64,000 nt of DNA from positions 557,159-621,158 of the forward strand of contig NIVC01000157.1 in NCBI GenBank assembly GCA_002269645.1, written 5' to 3'. How positions within the stretch are numbered: the stretch's first letter is position 1; each line of letters starts with the position of its first letter. This document shows, piece by piece, positions 53,032 to 64,000 of this stretch. Made by a program: the position numbers and the translations under genes. The stretch comes from Macrostomum lignano (taxonomy: Eukaryota). The notes under the pieces were generated by a model. That model saw only the letters and a list, made by a program, of their open reading frames with translations. It made no database searches and was not told the origin of the DNA.

Positions 53032-56000
53032 ATGACCGTCTCCCAGGGCATCCACTGCTTGCAGGTCAACCTGCAGCACAGCATTGCTGCTTCGGTCAAC
53101 CTCTTGAAGCACACTGACCAATACGCGCCAGGGATTATCCTTATCCAGGAACCTTGGACGCTAAGTGGCAGGCCCCAACATGTCCCCATCGGCTACCAGT
53201 GTTTAACCGCTGGCACCGGGAGGGAAACCTGACACCAAGATCCTACATCATGGTGTCCAGTTCTATTAACGCATGGCTCAGATCGGACCTGTCCACCAGG
53301 GACATCTGCGTCATCCAATCTGAAGACATACTCCCTGGGAGGACCACCCTCATCGCCTCGGTTTACCTACCGGGCGACGGCGAGATGATCCCAGTAGAGC
53401 TTGTCACACTGGTCGAGCTCTGCTCCACCAGAAATTATGAGCTGCTTGTGGCAGGCGATATCAACGCCCACCATACCCACTGGGGCAGTTCTGATATTAA
53501 CCAGAGAGGTGAAGACTTCCTGGCTTATATTGCTACTACAACCTTTGAGTTCTGTAACTCGGGTAGTACCCCTACCTTCAATAACGGACGCCGATCGGAG
53601 GTGCTGGATGCCACCCTCGCCACGCCCAGGCTCTTCCAGAGCACTAGGGAGTGGCGGGTGCTTCCTGAGGCGTCCCTCTCCGATCACAAGCTTATCTCTT
53701 TCACGCTGGCCAGCGCTCGAAACGCCGACCAAACCGCCTACCTGAACTCTATCCACGAGTTCAAGAGGCAGGTTAGGAACGCCAAAAACCAACAAGTGGC
53801 GCGAATACTGTGAGGAACTTGAGGGCTCCCGCCCCACCTCCAGAATAGTTAAAGCCCTCACCCTGGACAAAATGTCCAAACTCTCCTCAGTCAAGAGAGC
53901 CGACGGCTCGCTCACTGAGAACCCAGGAGAAACACTGGAAGCGATGCTAACAGCGTTTTTCCCGAACGAGCCAGCCAGGCCCGACCCCCTGATCACTCAG
54001 TGGGCGGACACGTACTGGCTGACTCAATCATCACGGAGGACCGCGTTTCTAAAGCTGTCTCCTCCTTCAAACCCTTCATATCCCCAGGACCGGACGGCGT
54101 TGTGCCAGCCTTCCTGCGGGAGGCGGTGAAATGAACCGGTTTCCTGCAGAACCTTTGCCGGCTTCTGAAAGCTTGCATTATTTTCGGCTTTGTTCCGAAA
54201 CCCTGGACCGAGGCCAAGGTGGTTTTTATCCCCAAGCCCGGCCGACCGGACTACCGGTCCATTAAATCCTTCAGACCTTAGCGCTTCATGTCTTGGTCGA
54301 CGTGCTGGAGAAAGCCGTTCTTGGCAATGGCAACGCTCTCGCTGTCTTCCTCGACATTGTTGGAGCCTTCGATAATGTCCTCTTTGAGGCTTTCGACAAA
54401 GCTCTACGTCCTAGAGGAACCCACTCGCACCTCACCCGGTGGATCATGTATATGATCAGCCACCGTACTGCCACCGCACACCTGCTGGGCCACCAACGGA
54501 CGGTAACCATCTGCAAAGGCAGCCCCCAGGGCGGTGTCATCTCTCCAGTTCTCTCGAACATGGTCATCGATGAGCTCCTCCAGGACAGCCATCTTGACCC
54601 CATCCTTAAGGTCGGTTACGCCGATGATGTCACAGCCGTGGCATCCGGTCCGTCACCTGAAACCCTAGGGACCTTCTGCAAACTTTATTCGCTCTGCTGA
54701 ACAATGGGCGGACAGGTGCGGCCTCAGGCTCTCTGAGACCAAAACTGTCGCGATCATGTTCACCAGCAAAATTAACTGGCGTATTCGCCCACTAAAGCTT
54801 TACGGGGTGAAAATCCCATCCTGCAAGCAAACCAAGTGTCTCGGTGTTACGCTGGACCACCGGCTGAGCTGGTCCACCCACGTCCAGGCCAAAACCAAAA
54901 AAGCCCTCGCGATTCTTGCGCAGCTGAGCAGAGCCGTCGGCACCACCTGGGGCCTCACCCCGAAGCGGCTCTGGTGGATCTATACCGCACTGGTCCGACC
55001 GGCCGTTACTTACGCCGGCCTGATCTGGACCAGCGCCTTGCAGATTAAAACCTGCCACGAAGCCCTCAAAAAGGTGCAGGGACGCGCGTGCCGCATGATC
55101 CTGAATGCCCCGCTCTCTGCTTCCTTTGACGGCCTCAACGCCCTTCTCTGCCTCCCGCCTCTGGACATCTTTGTCCGTCGCGAGGCTGCTAAAACCACCC
55201 GCCGGCTCATCGAGGCTGGCGTTAGCTTCAAGCTACAAAGAGCGATGGCGAAGCGCAAGCTCCTGCCGCACTCTGACCTGTGCCTTAAAGTTCTGGAGGA
55301 AAGTGGGAATACGGCTGTCCTTTCGGACGCTGAGCCGCGCTCCCTCAATCTCTACCAACGCTTCAAGGTCACTATCCCCTCCAGGGAGAACGCCAACGAC
55401 AGCTGGGCCCCTCAGGAGGTTCACTGCTTTACTGACGGATCCTCCAAAGACGGTTTATCCGGCTTTGGAGTCTGCATCCTTATCAACAGCCGCGTGATCG
55501 CTACTCACGCCCAACACACTGGCAGACTCTCCAGCGTCTTCCAGAACGAAGTCCTTGCCATCAGCTCCTGTGCAGCTGGGCTCCACTGCAGGGACTTCAA
55601 GGACAGAAGAATTTTCTTCCGCCCTGTGTCACACCACTACGAACTCCCGAACAGTCCGCGACTGTATCGGGCAGCTCAACAAGCTGGCTCGGAGGAACAC
55701 CGTCCGGCTTACGTGGATCCCAGGACACGCCGGCTTCAAAGGTAACGAGCTCGCCGACTCCCTCGCTAAGGCAGGCTGTTCCGGCTCGCCCCTTGGCCCC
55801 CTGCTCCTGGCCCCCATCCCCGCCACTGTCATTAATCGTCAGATTAACGACTGGGCGGACATCCTGCACTTGCGCAGATGGGATGGTATCTCCAACTGCC
55901 GCCAATCCCGTGCGGCAGTGCCCAATCGGTCCCTCAAGCTGCGGAGAATCCTTTTGAACCAAAATCGAAAAGATATCCGCGCTCTCACCATGACCTTCAC

Positions 56001-56200
56001 AGTTCACGGTTGCTTTGCCAGGCACTGTTTCCTCCGAAGTGCCCGCCGGAGCGAACTCTGCCCTTTCTGCAACATCGAGAACGAAGACGCCAAGCACTAC
56101 TTGGCGTCTGCTACTGCCCGGCCTTCAACAGAGACCGGCTCAACCACCTCGGGCCCAACCAGTCCCTGGACGACGTTTGCCGGCCCGAGAACATCCCACG
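53032..56200 (+). pseudogene. LINE ORF2 (APE-RT-RNase H) with frameshifts and an internal deletion
   Basis: Motifs are spread over frames 53032-53232, 53154-53813, 53872-54129, 54293-54700, 54756-55745 and 55555-56200. Confidence 0.88.
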
Positions 56201-56806
56201 GCTCATCCGGTTCCTCCGGGCCACCAAACGAGCCTCCGTCTTCCCCACCGAAGACAACGCTGCAGACAGGACCGGCAGACCTCTCCGATCGGCCCCGCGC
56301 CCTAGCCTTTGCGGGTCTCTCAGGGATTAGCGGAATGGGCGACGCTCGCCTCCCCGCTGCGTCTTCGGACCGCCCTGCAGCTAAGTCAAGTAAGTCAATG
56401 CCTCGCTGAAGGATTTGATCCAGTTTGTCTACCCATCGTTCAGCGCATCTGCGGACAGAGACGGCTATTTTGCCAGCCGAGCTATCCTGGCGCCTTACAA
56501 TGAGGCCGTAGACGCCATCAACGACGAGTGCCTGGCCTTGTTCCCTGGCAGCCTGCGGGAGTACCGGTCTGTGGACAGCGTATCCGATGAAGACTCGCCA
56601 CACACTGTAATGCCACTCTGGCCAGTGCTAGCTTGTACATTGTATAAGCAAGTACATGTCGCTACCTAACTTATGTATGTATGGCACGCGGCTCTTGTGA
56701 ACGTTGCAATCAGATCGCTTCCAAATACATAAATATTGTCTCACCCTACTTGGAGGGTTAGGACCTTTTTCTCGCACGCCACAAATACTGCCTGACTCCT
56801 GAGTCA

Positions 56807-57631
56807 TTACATTGGCGTCGCAAGGCGTCCACTTCCATCATGCTTTTCAATTATTTTAAAATATTTTCCTAATTTATTAAAAATCTTCTGAACCGCAGGC
56901 CTAAAGTTGGCTCCAATATTGTCAAAAAATCCTTTGGTTTTTTCACCTGTTTTTTCTAAGGTTTGTCCAAACTCATGTAATTTGTCTGCGACAACTCCGC
57001 TTCCATGGGTTGTTCCTTGTAGCATTAAACCATCACCGTGAGTTCTACCTTTTAAAATTAAACCTTCACCGGCTGCTAATTTAGCTTCTGCATTTCTTTT
57101 TTGTGGCGGTGTTGCCGAACTGCTATTAATCGTATCAATAAGTTTCTGTTTAAATTGAGCGTCCTGTGTTATTTGTTGTCTTTGAAATTTAGCATCTCGT
57201 TTGGCTTTTTCGTCCGCAGCTTTTTTGTCATTTACTACTTTTGTAATTCCAGCCGCTCCGCCTGCTATTCCACCAGCTGATCCTATTCCTGCAAAAATTA
57301 TTGGGAGCAAAGTTGCAAGTGGAAGTATACCCCCTTGTTTTGCTTTTAGTTCCGCTAACTGTTTTCTGTTATCGTGAATTCTTTTGGCTGCCAACCCAGT
57401 TGCTCTTGCTGCCCCAAGTCCAAAAATAATTGGTAGAATGGGCAATAGCCCACCATCCTTTTTGGTGTGAGTCTCCAATAAAAATTTGACATCCGATTCC
57501 GTTAATCGATATGTTATAAGATTATGTTTAAATAAAATTGGCCTTCCTTCTTGTGCATATTTTGCAGCAAGTTTAAATATATCAATATCATAATCCATTT
57601 TTTTACCTAATCGATCTAATCTTTTTAACAT
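56807..57631 (-). CDS. Polinton/adintovirus-like virion protein with adenovirus pX-like GGxLP motifs (3' end fused to the PBS region)
   Basis: GGLLPILPIIFGLG and GGILPLATLLPIIFAGIGSAGGIAGGAAGITKVVNDKK, plus GxGL repeats; AT-rich compared with the host LTR element. Confidence 0.7.
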   Translation of the reverse strand: MLKRLDRLGKKMDYDIDIFKLAAKYAQEGRPILFKHNLITYRLTESDVKFLLETHTKKDGGLLPILPIIFGLGAARATGLAAKRIHDNRKQLAELKAKQGGILPLATLLPIIFAGIGSAGGIAGGAAGITKVVNDKKAADEKAKRDAKFQRQQITQDAQFKQKLIDTINSSSATPPQKRNAEAKLAAGEGLILKGRTHGDGLMLQGTTHGSGVVADKLHEFGQTLEKTGEKTKGFFDNIGANFRPAVQKIFNKLGKYFKIIEKHDGSGRLATPM

Positions 57632-57731
57632 TGTGTGGCTGTGTTTGTTATCACTTAGATTTAAAGTGTCTACAATTTCAGATATAAAATATAACCGATT
57701 TTCATCATTAACTGAGTCTATTTTTATATTA

Positions 57732-58142
57732 CTAAAATTTCTTTAATCCTTTTTCACCTTTAATTGAGGTTAACATTTTATTAAAATCTTGGATGTCTTT
57801 ATTACTCAGTGGGGTGCTTTTAGTTGGTGTTTCAGTTGGTTGTGCGGCTTGAGTAGCTTCTTGTGCTAGTTTTAAATCTTTTATTGCTTTTATTTGTGAG
57901 AGGGTGTCGTTAAATTCTCTCAATTTTTTAAGCTCTTCCACTGCCCTGGCCGCCTCTATACCACCTTTAACAGCGTTGGTCTTTGAGCCTGCTGCTGAGC
58001 CTGCTTGTCCTATGAGACCCATATTATCTTTGACTAAATTTGCTGCTGTTCCAACCATATCAAAAAGACCCTCACCTCGGTATTCTACGGGGTCTCCAAT
58101 TTGAATTTCATTCAGATTATGTGCAAGCGTAACGTGTGTCAT
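57732..58142 (-). CDS. Polinton/adintovirus-like amphipathic (cupiennin-like) protein fragment
   Basis: GEGLFDMVGTAANLVKDN..AGSAAG..I.AARAVEELKKL; adjacent to and co-oriented with the pX-like ORF. Confidence 0.55.
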   Translation of the reverse strand: MTHVTLAHNLNEIQIGDPVEYRGEGLFDMVGTAANLVKDNMGLIGQAGSAAGSKTNAVKGGIEAARAVEELKKLREFNDTLSQIKAIKDLKLAQEATQAAQPTETPTKSTPLSNKDIQDFNKMLTSIKGEKGLKKF

Positions 58143-58332
58143 TTTTGTCTATTTTTATTAACAGAAAAATCGGCCGGAGGTCGCGGACAAAGTCCGAACC
58201 CTTACAGACCCTTTGCGCCTGCGGCGCATGCGGGGGTTAGAGAGTGTTGGAAGAGATGGAAGATATTGTTGCTGTTTGTTGCTGTTTGTTGCTGTTTGTT
58301 GCTGATTGTTGCTGATTGTTGCTTATTGATTA

Positions 58333-58568
58333 CCATACAAAATCGCCAGCAAACCCAAGCGAACGACGAGAGCGAATATTCAAAAACAAGGTAATTTTAT
58401 CCAAATCAAGGTGAAACTAATCGTTTTGACAGAAATTAAGCGAGGATGAGCGGAGAGTCGAGCGGAGTGAAGACGAGAGATAATGGAGTGAAAAACTATT
58501 AGTTTCACCTTGATTTGGATAAAAATCATTTGAATTATGACCATAGTTTGCTGGCGATTTTGTATGGT
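58333..58568. mobile_element. MITE with TA flanks (Tc1/mariner-like)
   Basis: TIR CCATACAAAATCGCCAGCAAAC / GTTTGCTGGCGATTTTGTATGG plus an inner IR (TTTATCCAAATCAAGGTGAAACTAAT); TA on both sides. Confidence 0.7.
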
Positions 58569-61500
58569 AGTATACTACTTACGTCATCCCGGAGAAGCAG
58601 CCGATCCCCTGGATGTCGCCAAAGCGTTCCACCAAATTGAAGTCGCCGAGGAGTCCAGGGATCTGCTGACGTTCTCCACGCCCATCGGGCTCCTGCGGCT
58701 GCGCCGGCTCTGCATAGGCTACACATCCGCCTCCGAGATCCTTCAGCGGGTGATGACCTGTGTCCTCAGCGGCCTGCTCGGCGTCCGCTGGGTGCACGAC
58801 GACATCCTAGTGTACGCAAAGAACATTGAGGAGCACAATCAACGCCTGCGAGACTGCCTGGCCGGTGGAAGGCCAGCAACATCACGCTGAACCGCAAAAA
58901 AGTGCCGCTCGCTCAGCGAGAGGTCGATTTCCTCGCCATGCGGCTGTCGGCAGTCGGCATTCACCCCAGCACCGAGAAAGTGGCGTCCATCAACAGTTTC
59001 AAGCGGCCGACCAACGCGACCAAGGTCCGCTCGTTCCTCGGCTTCGTCACCTTCGTGGCGCGCTTTATCAGCAACCTGTCCGACAGGGCCCGGCCGCTCC
59101 GAGAGCTGACCCGGCAGGCTGCCGAGTGGACATGGGGCGAGCAACAGGTGGCCGCGTTCAAGGACATCAAGCAAACGATCGCCAGCAGCGAGGCGCTGGC
59201 ATTCTTCAACAGCAAGCTTCCGACCCAGCTAATCGTGGACGCCAGCCCCACGGGCGTCGGCGCCATCCTCTCCCAAGTCCAACCTGACGGATCGACGCGG
59301 CCGGTGGCGTACGCGAGCCGCAGCCTGAGCCCGACCGAGCAGCGCTACTCCCAGACGGAGCGGGAGGCGCTCGCGGTGAAGTACGGTGGCCTGAAGTTTC
59401 ATCACTACGTCAGCGGCGGCGGCAGCTTCAAGGTGATCACCGACCACAAGCCGCTGGTATCCCTGTTCAGCCCGGGGTCGCGGCCACCGCCCCGCATTGA
59501 GCGCATAGCGCTCCGACTGCAAGACCTGGTCTTCCAAGTGGTTTATTAGCCCGGAGCCGGCAATCCGTCCGACGTCCTGAGCCGCCAGCCGCTGCCACTG
59601 CCGCCGAACAACGTCGGCGAGTAGGCGGACGCGATCTACGTGGTCACGGCAGTGCGGGCGGCCACCCCGGTGTCCATCAGCCTGGCCACCATCAAGGCCG
59701 CCTCCGACCAAGATTCCACCGTCCAAGCAACTCTGCACGCCATCCGCGGGAACCAGTGGGACAAGAGCGACCCGAGCCTACGGGGACTGCACGGCGTGGC
59801 CCACGAGTTGTCCGAGCTGGACGGCCTGCTGCTGTGCCGCAGCCAACTGTACATGCCGACGGCTCTGCGGTACCGGCGCCTGCAGTTGGCCCACCAGGGC
59901 CACCAGGGTGTCAGAAAAACGCTGGACCGCCTACAACCGAAGGTATGGTGGCCCGGCATGCGAGCATCCGTGGAGGCGCACGTGGCAGCCTGCATCAGCA
60001 GCCAGGCCTGCACCCGCGAGACCTCGCCGAAAACCACGCCGCTCAAGCCGACCGAACTACCGGAGGGCCCCTGGCTCGAGCTGGGGCTCGACTTCCTCGG
60101 ACCGGTAAGCGGCAAGTCTCTGCTCGTCTTCACGGATCACTTCTCCAGTTTCCCGCTCGTGGAGGTCATGCCCAGCACCACTGCCTCCACCGTCATCAAG
60201 TTGCTGCGCCGGTGGTTCAGCATCTTCGGGCAGCCGACGAAGGTAACTACGGACAACGGCCCGCCCTTCGCATTGGTCGAGTTCAGCAGCTTCCTGGCGG
60301 ATCAAGGCACCCGGCACTATCGAATCACGCCTCTCTACCCTCAGGCCAACGGCGCAGCAGAGCGGTGCAACCAGGAGCTGAACAAGGCCATTCGCGCGGC
60401 GGTCCTCGAAGGTCGGGACTGGACGCTGGCCTTGGACGAATACCTGGCAGCGTACAGGCGCACTCCACACTGCGCCACAGGCATCGCACCGGCTACTCTG
60501 CTATTTGGCAGGCAAATCAACGATGTGATCCCGAGCCTCCAACACTCGTAGCCCATCGACGTGACAAGAGCGGCCATCGCCGACCGCGACCGCCAGGCCA
60601 AAGAGGAGATGAAGCGGCTCGCCGACCGACGCTCCAGGGCAGCAGACCACGCCATCCGTCCGGGCGACCGCGTTCTGGGGCGTCTGCAATCCCGGCAGAA
60701 GACCGACGCCTTCTACGAGCCAGTGCCATGGACTGTGGCCGAGGTCCAGGGCGACTCCCTGCTCGTGCAGCGCGACGACGTCGTCTGCCGCAGGCATGCC
60801 ACGCAGGTCAAGCGGCTGTCCGAGCAGTCTAAGCAGTCCGATGAGCAGCCGCTCCAGCCGCCTGGCCTTCCTGAGCCCATGGAGCCGATCGCCGCCCGGC
60901 TGCATCCTCGGCAAGCAAAGGACCCGGAGAGGAACTACAAAGAGCCCGACCTGCGCAGAAGCTGATCGACTTGATTTACTGACTGCCTCTTAACTGGACT
61001 GCACGTGCACGAACTGTTAGTCACTTTTTATGGTTCGCTCTGTGTTTCCCCCGTTACTTTTAATCCACTCGAGGAGGAATGTAATGCCACTCTGGCCAGT
61101 GCTAGCTTGTACCAGGGTACATTGTATTAGCAAGTACATGTCGCTACCCAACTTATGTATGTATGGCACGCGGCTCTTGTGCACGTTGCAATCAGATCGC
61201 TTCCAAATACATAAATATTGTCCTACCCTACTTGGAGGATTAAGACCTTTTTCTCGCACGCCACAAATACTGCCTGACTCCTGAGTCATTACACACACTT
61301 CCCACCGGAGCTGCTGAACCGGCTAGAGGCGCCAAACCTACCAAAGCACCTGCTTAAGTTCAAGGTGGGCATGCCGGTGGTGTTGCTGCGGAACCTCAAC
61401 CCACCTCGGCTATGCAATGGCACGAGATCAATTGTTCTGGCACTTAGTGACAATGTACTTCGCTGCAAAGTGGCAGCTGGCCAGTTCGCAGGCGATGAGG

Positions 61501-61842
61501 TGCTGCTGCCTCGCATCCTGCTGGAGCCGAACAATGTAGACCTACCCATTGCCTTTAAGCGGTTGCAATTTCCTGTGAGACCCAGCTTCTGTCTGACGAT
61601 TCATAAGTCGCAAGGCCAGTCGCTGGTGTCCGTTGGCATCGAACTGACTGACGGCTGCTTCGCCCACGGCCAACTGTACACTGCGCTGTCTCGAGCAAAA
61701 GATGCTGCCAATGTTCGTATTCGGATATCAGGCAATCGAACGAGGAACATTGTGTACCCAGAGGTGCTTTCTGATTATTAGGCTGCTCAAGATTGTAATT
61801 GCCTCGAGTGTTAGCTGCTCTACATTACCCTTTTATTATCCT

Positions 61843-61975
61843 TGTTAAAAGAGAAATATTTTTGTGAAAACGCTATCAAAATTGATCAAAGCTACCAATC
61901 TGTAGAGCGTTACAGACAGACAAACAGACAAACAGACATGAGATATTTAGTATATTTGGAAGGATGTATTTACAT
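61843..61975 (+). repeat. Short dispersed repeat (second copy at ~63806-63950) with (GACA)n
   Basis: ttgttaaaagagaaatatttttgtgaaaacg..atcaaaattgatc.aagctaccaat.tgtagagcgttacagacagac is shared by both copies. Confidence 0.8.
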
Positions 61976-62259
61976 CTAGCCATGTAGCCCCCCTCTGGGT
62001 GGCATAAAACCGTAGTTTCAGTAAAATCATAGCTTAGCAATAGCTATAGCATGCGCAGCTTAGGATTGTTAATAGAGCGGACTACAACTAGAAAAAAAAT
62101 TATCTTTTGTCTATGAATGCACTTGTTTAAGGCTCGAAACTTTTCTTGATAGTCAGACCGGTGACTGTCTACAAAATTTAAAAAGTCTCATTCCTAATAC
62201 TACTTTTATTACACGTTTCTTTCAGTAATACTAACAAACAATGAAAATTTTGGATCTGT

Positions 62260-63330
62260 CGCATAGTGGAACAGCATCGGTGGTTGCCCGAGTGTTGCTG
62301 CGAAGTGAGGAAAGTTACTTGATTATACTTTCATCTCATTGAAACGACGGTCTTATAAAATTATTGCATACCTGGCCGATGCAGTAAATAAATGGCTGGC
62401 TTTGCACTAATATACCCCTCGGGTACACAAATTTAAAACCGCTAAAGGCGGCGACGGTACTCTGTTCCCTGCCCTGCTTGTTGGCGAGACCAGTGAGATT
62501 AGGGCTTGTTTTTTGGGCGCAACTACAGGCAAATTGGGAAAAATGCTCCGAGGAGAACAGCGTGGTTGTAAATGGCGCGCTAATTAGACCAGCAGAGGAA
62601 CGCTATAATATTTCCCACAACAAAAAGGAACTCAGAGTCGACATCGACTATGGCGGCGCCGTCGACTAAGTGACTGAAAATGTTCAAGACGACGCGACCT
62701 TCAGACTCCATGCCATTTCTGAACCCGCCGAAATTCGAACTGACGGGTGTGTAGCAAAATGTAAAATTCAAAATCTGTGGATTTAAATGCACAATCTCTT
62801 TAATGTGTACTTTCCCAATCCTTGCCATCCTTGATTTACTTTCTTACTTTCTCACTTGGCCATCCTTGATTTACTTGGCATTGTGATGTCGAAGCAAGGC
62901 CCGGACCATATCACAACAAGGTTTGGAGGGTGCGCAAACGCGTCGCTGGTCCTTGGCGACCAATCTAACAAAAGCGTCACATGCACCTTTATGGGTCCTT
63001 GCGCAGAGAAAATCGCGGCGTGGCCAGTCGGGTGTGCCCTTGCAATTAAAGGCGTAAAGACAACGAGTTACGGGTCAGTATCTCTCAACTGCAGTGGGGC
63101 ATACTGTCAAATTGACCCGAACCTACTCGAGGCTGGAAAAGCTCGGGCTTGGTTTGAAGAAAATTCAGATGCCCAAACTGTACAATCTGTACGGTCACAA
63201 ATACAGGTACCACCCCATCAAACTGGCTGCCGAGGTGGCGCCATGACAATTTCTGCTGAAGAACTTGTTCTAGACGTCCCACCATCAATTACGTGCGTGC
63301 GCATACGTCAGGGTAACTGGGAGGTATGTT
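62260..63330 (+). pseudogene. RPA70/RPA1-like OB-fold ssDNA-binding gene (degenerate or spliced), probably Helitron cargo
   Basis: VVARVLLRSE; ALIRPAEERYNISHNKKEL (DBD-A-like); GIV...LGDQSNKSVTCTFMG..A..ALAIKGVK..SL...IDPNLLEAGKARAWF (DBD-B-like). Confidence 0.7.
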
Positions 63331-64000
63331 TTTTGCTATATGTCTAATTTCACTTGAAAATTCACTTGCGTCTAATATTCACTGCACTTAATTTAATTTG
63401 CAGACAGTAATTTGTATTGAAAGCGATAACCATACTTCTAGCGCACAGTGAGTTATTATATTTATACGTTGCTTAAAAGTACATAATGACACACGCGCAC
63501 ACACTCGCACACAAACAATTGCAGCCGAAGCGACTCTACGACTCGACTCGGCTATTCACAGTCTGTCTTCGGAATGTGACTCATTTTCGCAACACTGTCG
63601 CAATGAGCAACCCGGAGGAGCTGGAGACGATTGAAACAAAAAACGGAAACCGAAACCGAACTAAACATTTAAATTCCACGCTTCATTACTTTGCTTTCGT
63701 TCAAAAAGGACACAAACATTGAACGTAATAGTTGTTTAGTAGTTGATAGTTGTTGAATATTATAATATTTGTTTAATAGTTGTTTAGTAGTCGAAACCTA
63801 GTTCTTGTTAAAAGAGAAATATTTTTGTGAAAACGCGATCAAAATTGATCGAAGCTACCAATATGTAGAGCGTTACAGACAGACAGAAAGACAAACAGAC
63901 ATACAGAAATTATAAAATTAGTATATTGTTTATTAGGAATGTATTTACACCTCTGGGAGCAGAAGTTTGGTATTAAGCTAGTCCCCCCTGCATTACTCTA

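Larger units (their letters stand above)
51015..56395 (+). mobile_element. Non-LTR retrotransposon with RNase H (R1/LOA-like), inserted in a Helitron helicase exon
   Basis: 13-bp TSD CAATGCCTCGCTG (51002-51014 and 56396-56408); ORF1 51505-52995. ORF2 is fragmented: APE LQVNLQHS/LIQEPW/GDINAHH/SDH, RT GSPQGGVISP/YADD, RNase H FTDGS; aagtc-like 3' tail. Confidence 0.92.
56606..61293 (+). mobile_element. Ty3/Gypsy LTR element C (gag/PR absent), inserted in a Helitron helicase exon
   Basis: LTRs 56606-56811 and 61080-61293 (TGTAATG...CATTACA); TSD CACAC; PBS TGGCGTCGCAAG; PPT GAGGAGGAA; RT(VHDD)/RH/IN remnants at 58590-60965. Confidence 0.92.
36589..61781 (+). mobile_element. Spliced Helitron RepHel gene (degenerate), expanded by nested insertions
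   Basis: N-terminal RRxxESxxxRxxRL repeats (36780-37010); OTU (37177-37587); HUH exon GFPHVHLLL...MVHGPC...GYPPYQRR (39071-39413); PIF1 exons DAPAGTGKT and ASSGIAATLL (49597-50327), WDEISM and GGDFRQ (50412-50801), 50931-51014, 56409-56605, and GMPVVLLRNL..CNGTR, TIHKSQGQS, HGQLYTALSR (61294-61781). Confidence 0.92.

Noticed and set aside
39500-61000. Many antisense or alternate-frame ORFs of 60-360 aa within retroelements (e.g. 59756-60832, 53367-53996)
   Set aside because: Shadow ORFs of GC-rich gag/pol/ORF2 sequence with no independent motifs.
61794-61806. TGTAATTGCCTCG matching the start of the element-B LTR
   Set aside because: Only 13 bp, with no further similarity or TSD.

Overview
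Eukaryotic (metazoan, probably invertebrate) AT-rich genomic DNA with GT-AG introns and microsatellites; no conventional host gene is recognisable. The right half (~34-64 kb) is a spliced Helitron (N-terminal repeats, OTU, HUH Rep, PIF1 helicase, downstream RPA-like gene). It has been expanded by nested insertions with clear target-site duplications: a solo LTR, a Gypsy element containing a younger Gypsy with identical LTRs, an RNase H-bearing LINE, and a third LTR element whose gag region is occupied by Polinton/adintovirus-like genes. The left half (~2-33.6 kb) is the unusual part. Removing introns and an inserted foldback element by hand reconstructs two large divergent genes: a ~940-aa CRESS-like Rep/SF3-helicase gene (12057->8127) and a >=1120-aa tyrosine-recombinase gene (16564->20274). 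They are separated by a ~1.5-kb palindrome, accompanied by a family of small spliced orphan genes with conserved intron positions, and bracketed by ~1.7-kb direct and ~0.5-kb inverted repeats. This is a candidate large, intron-containing YR+Rep mobile element or endogenous virus. All family assignments rest on manual motif recognition, not database searches.
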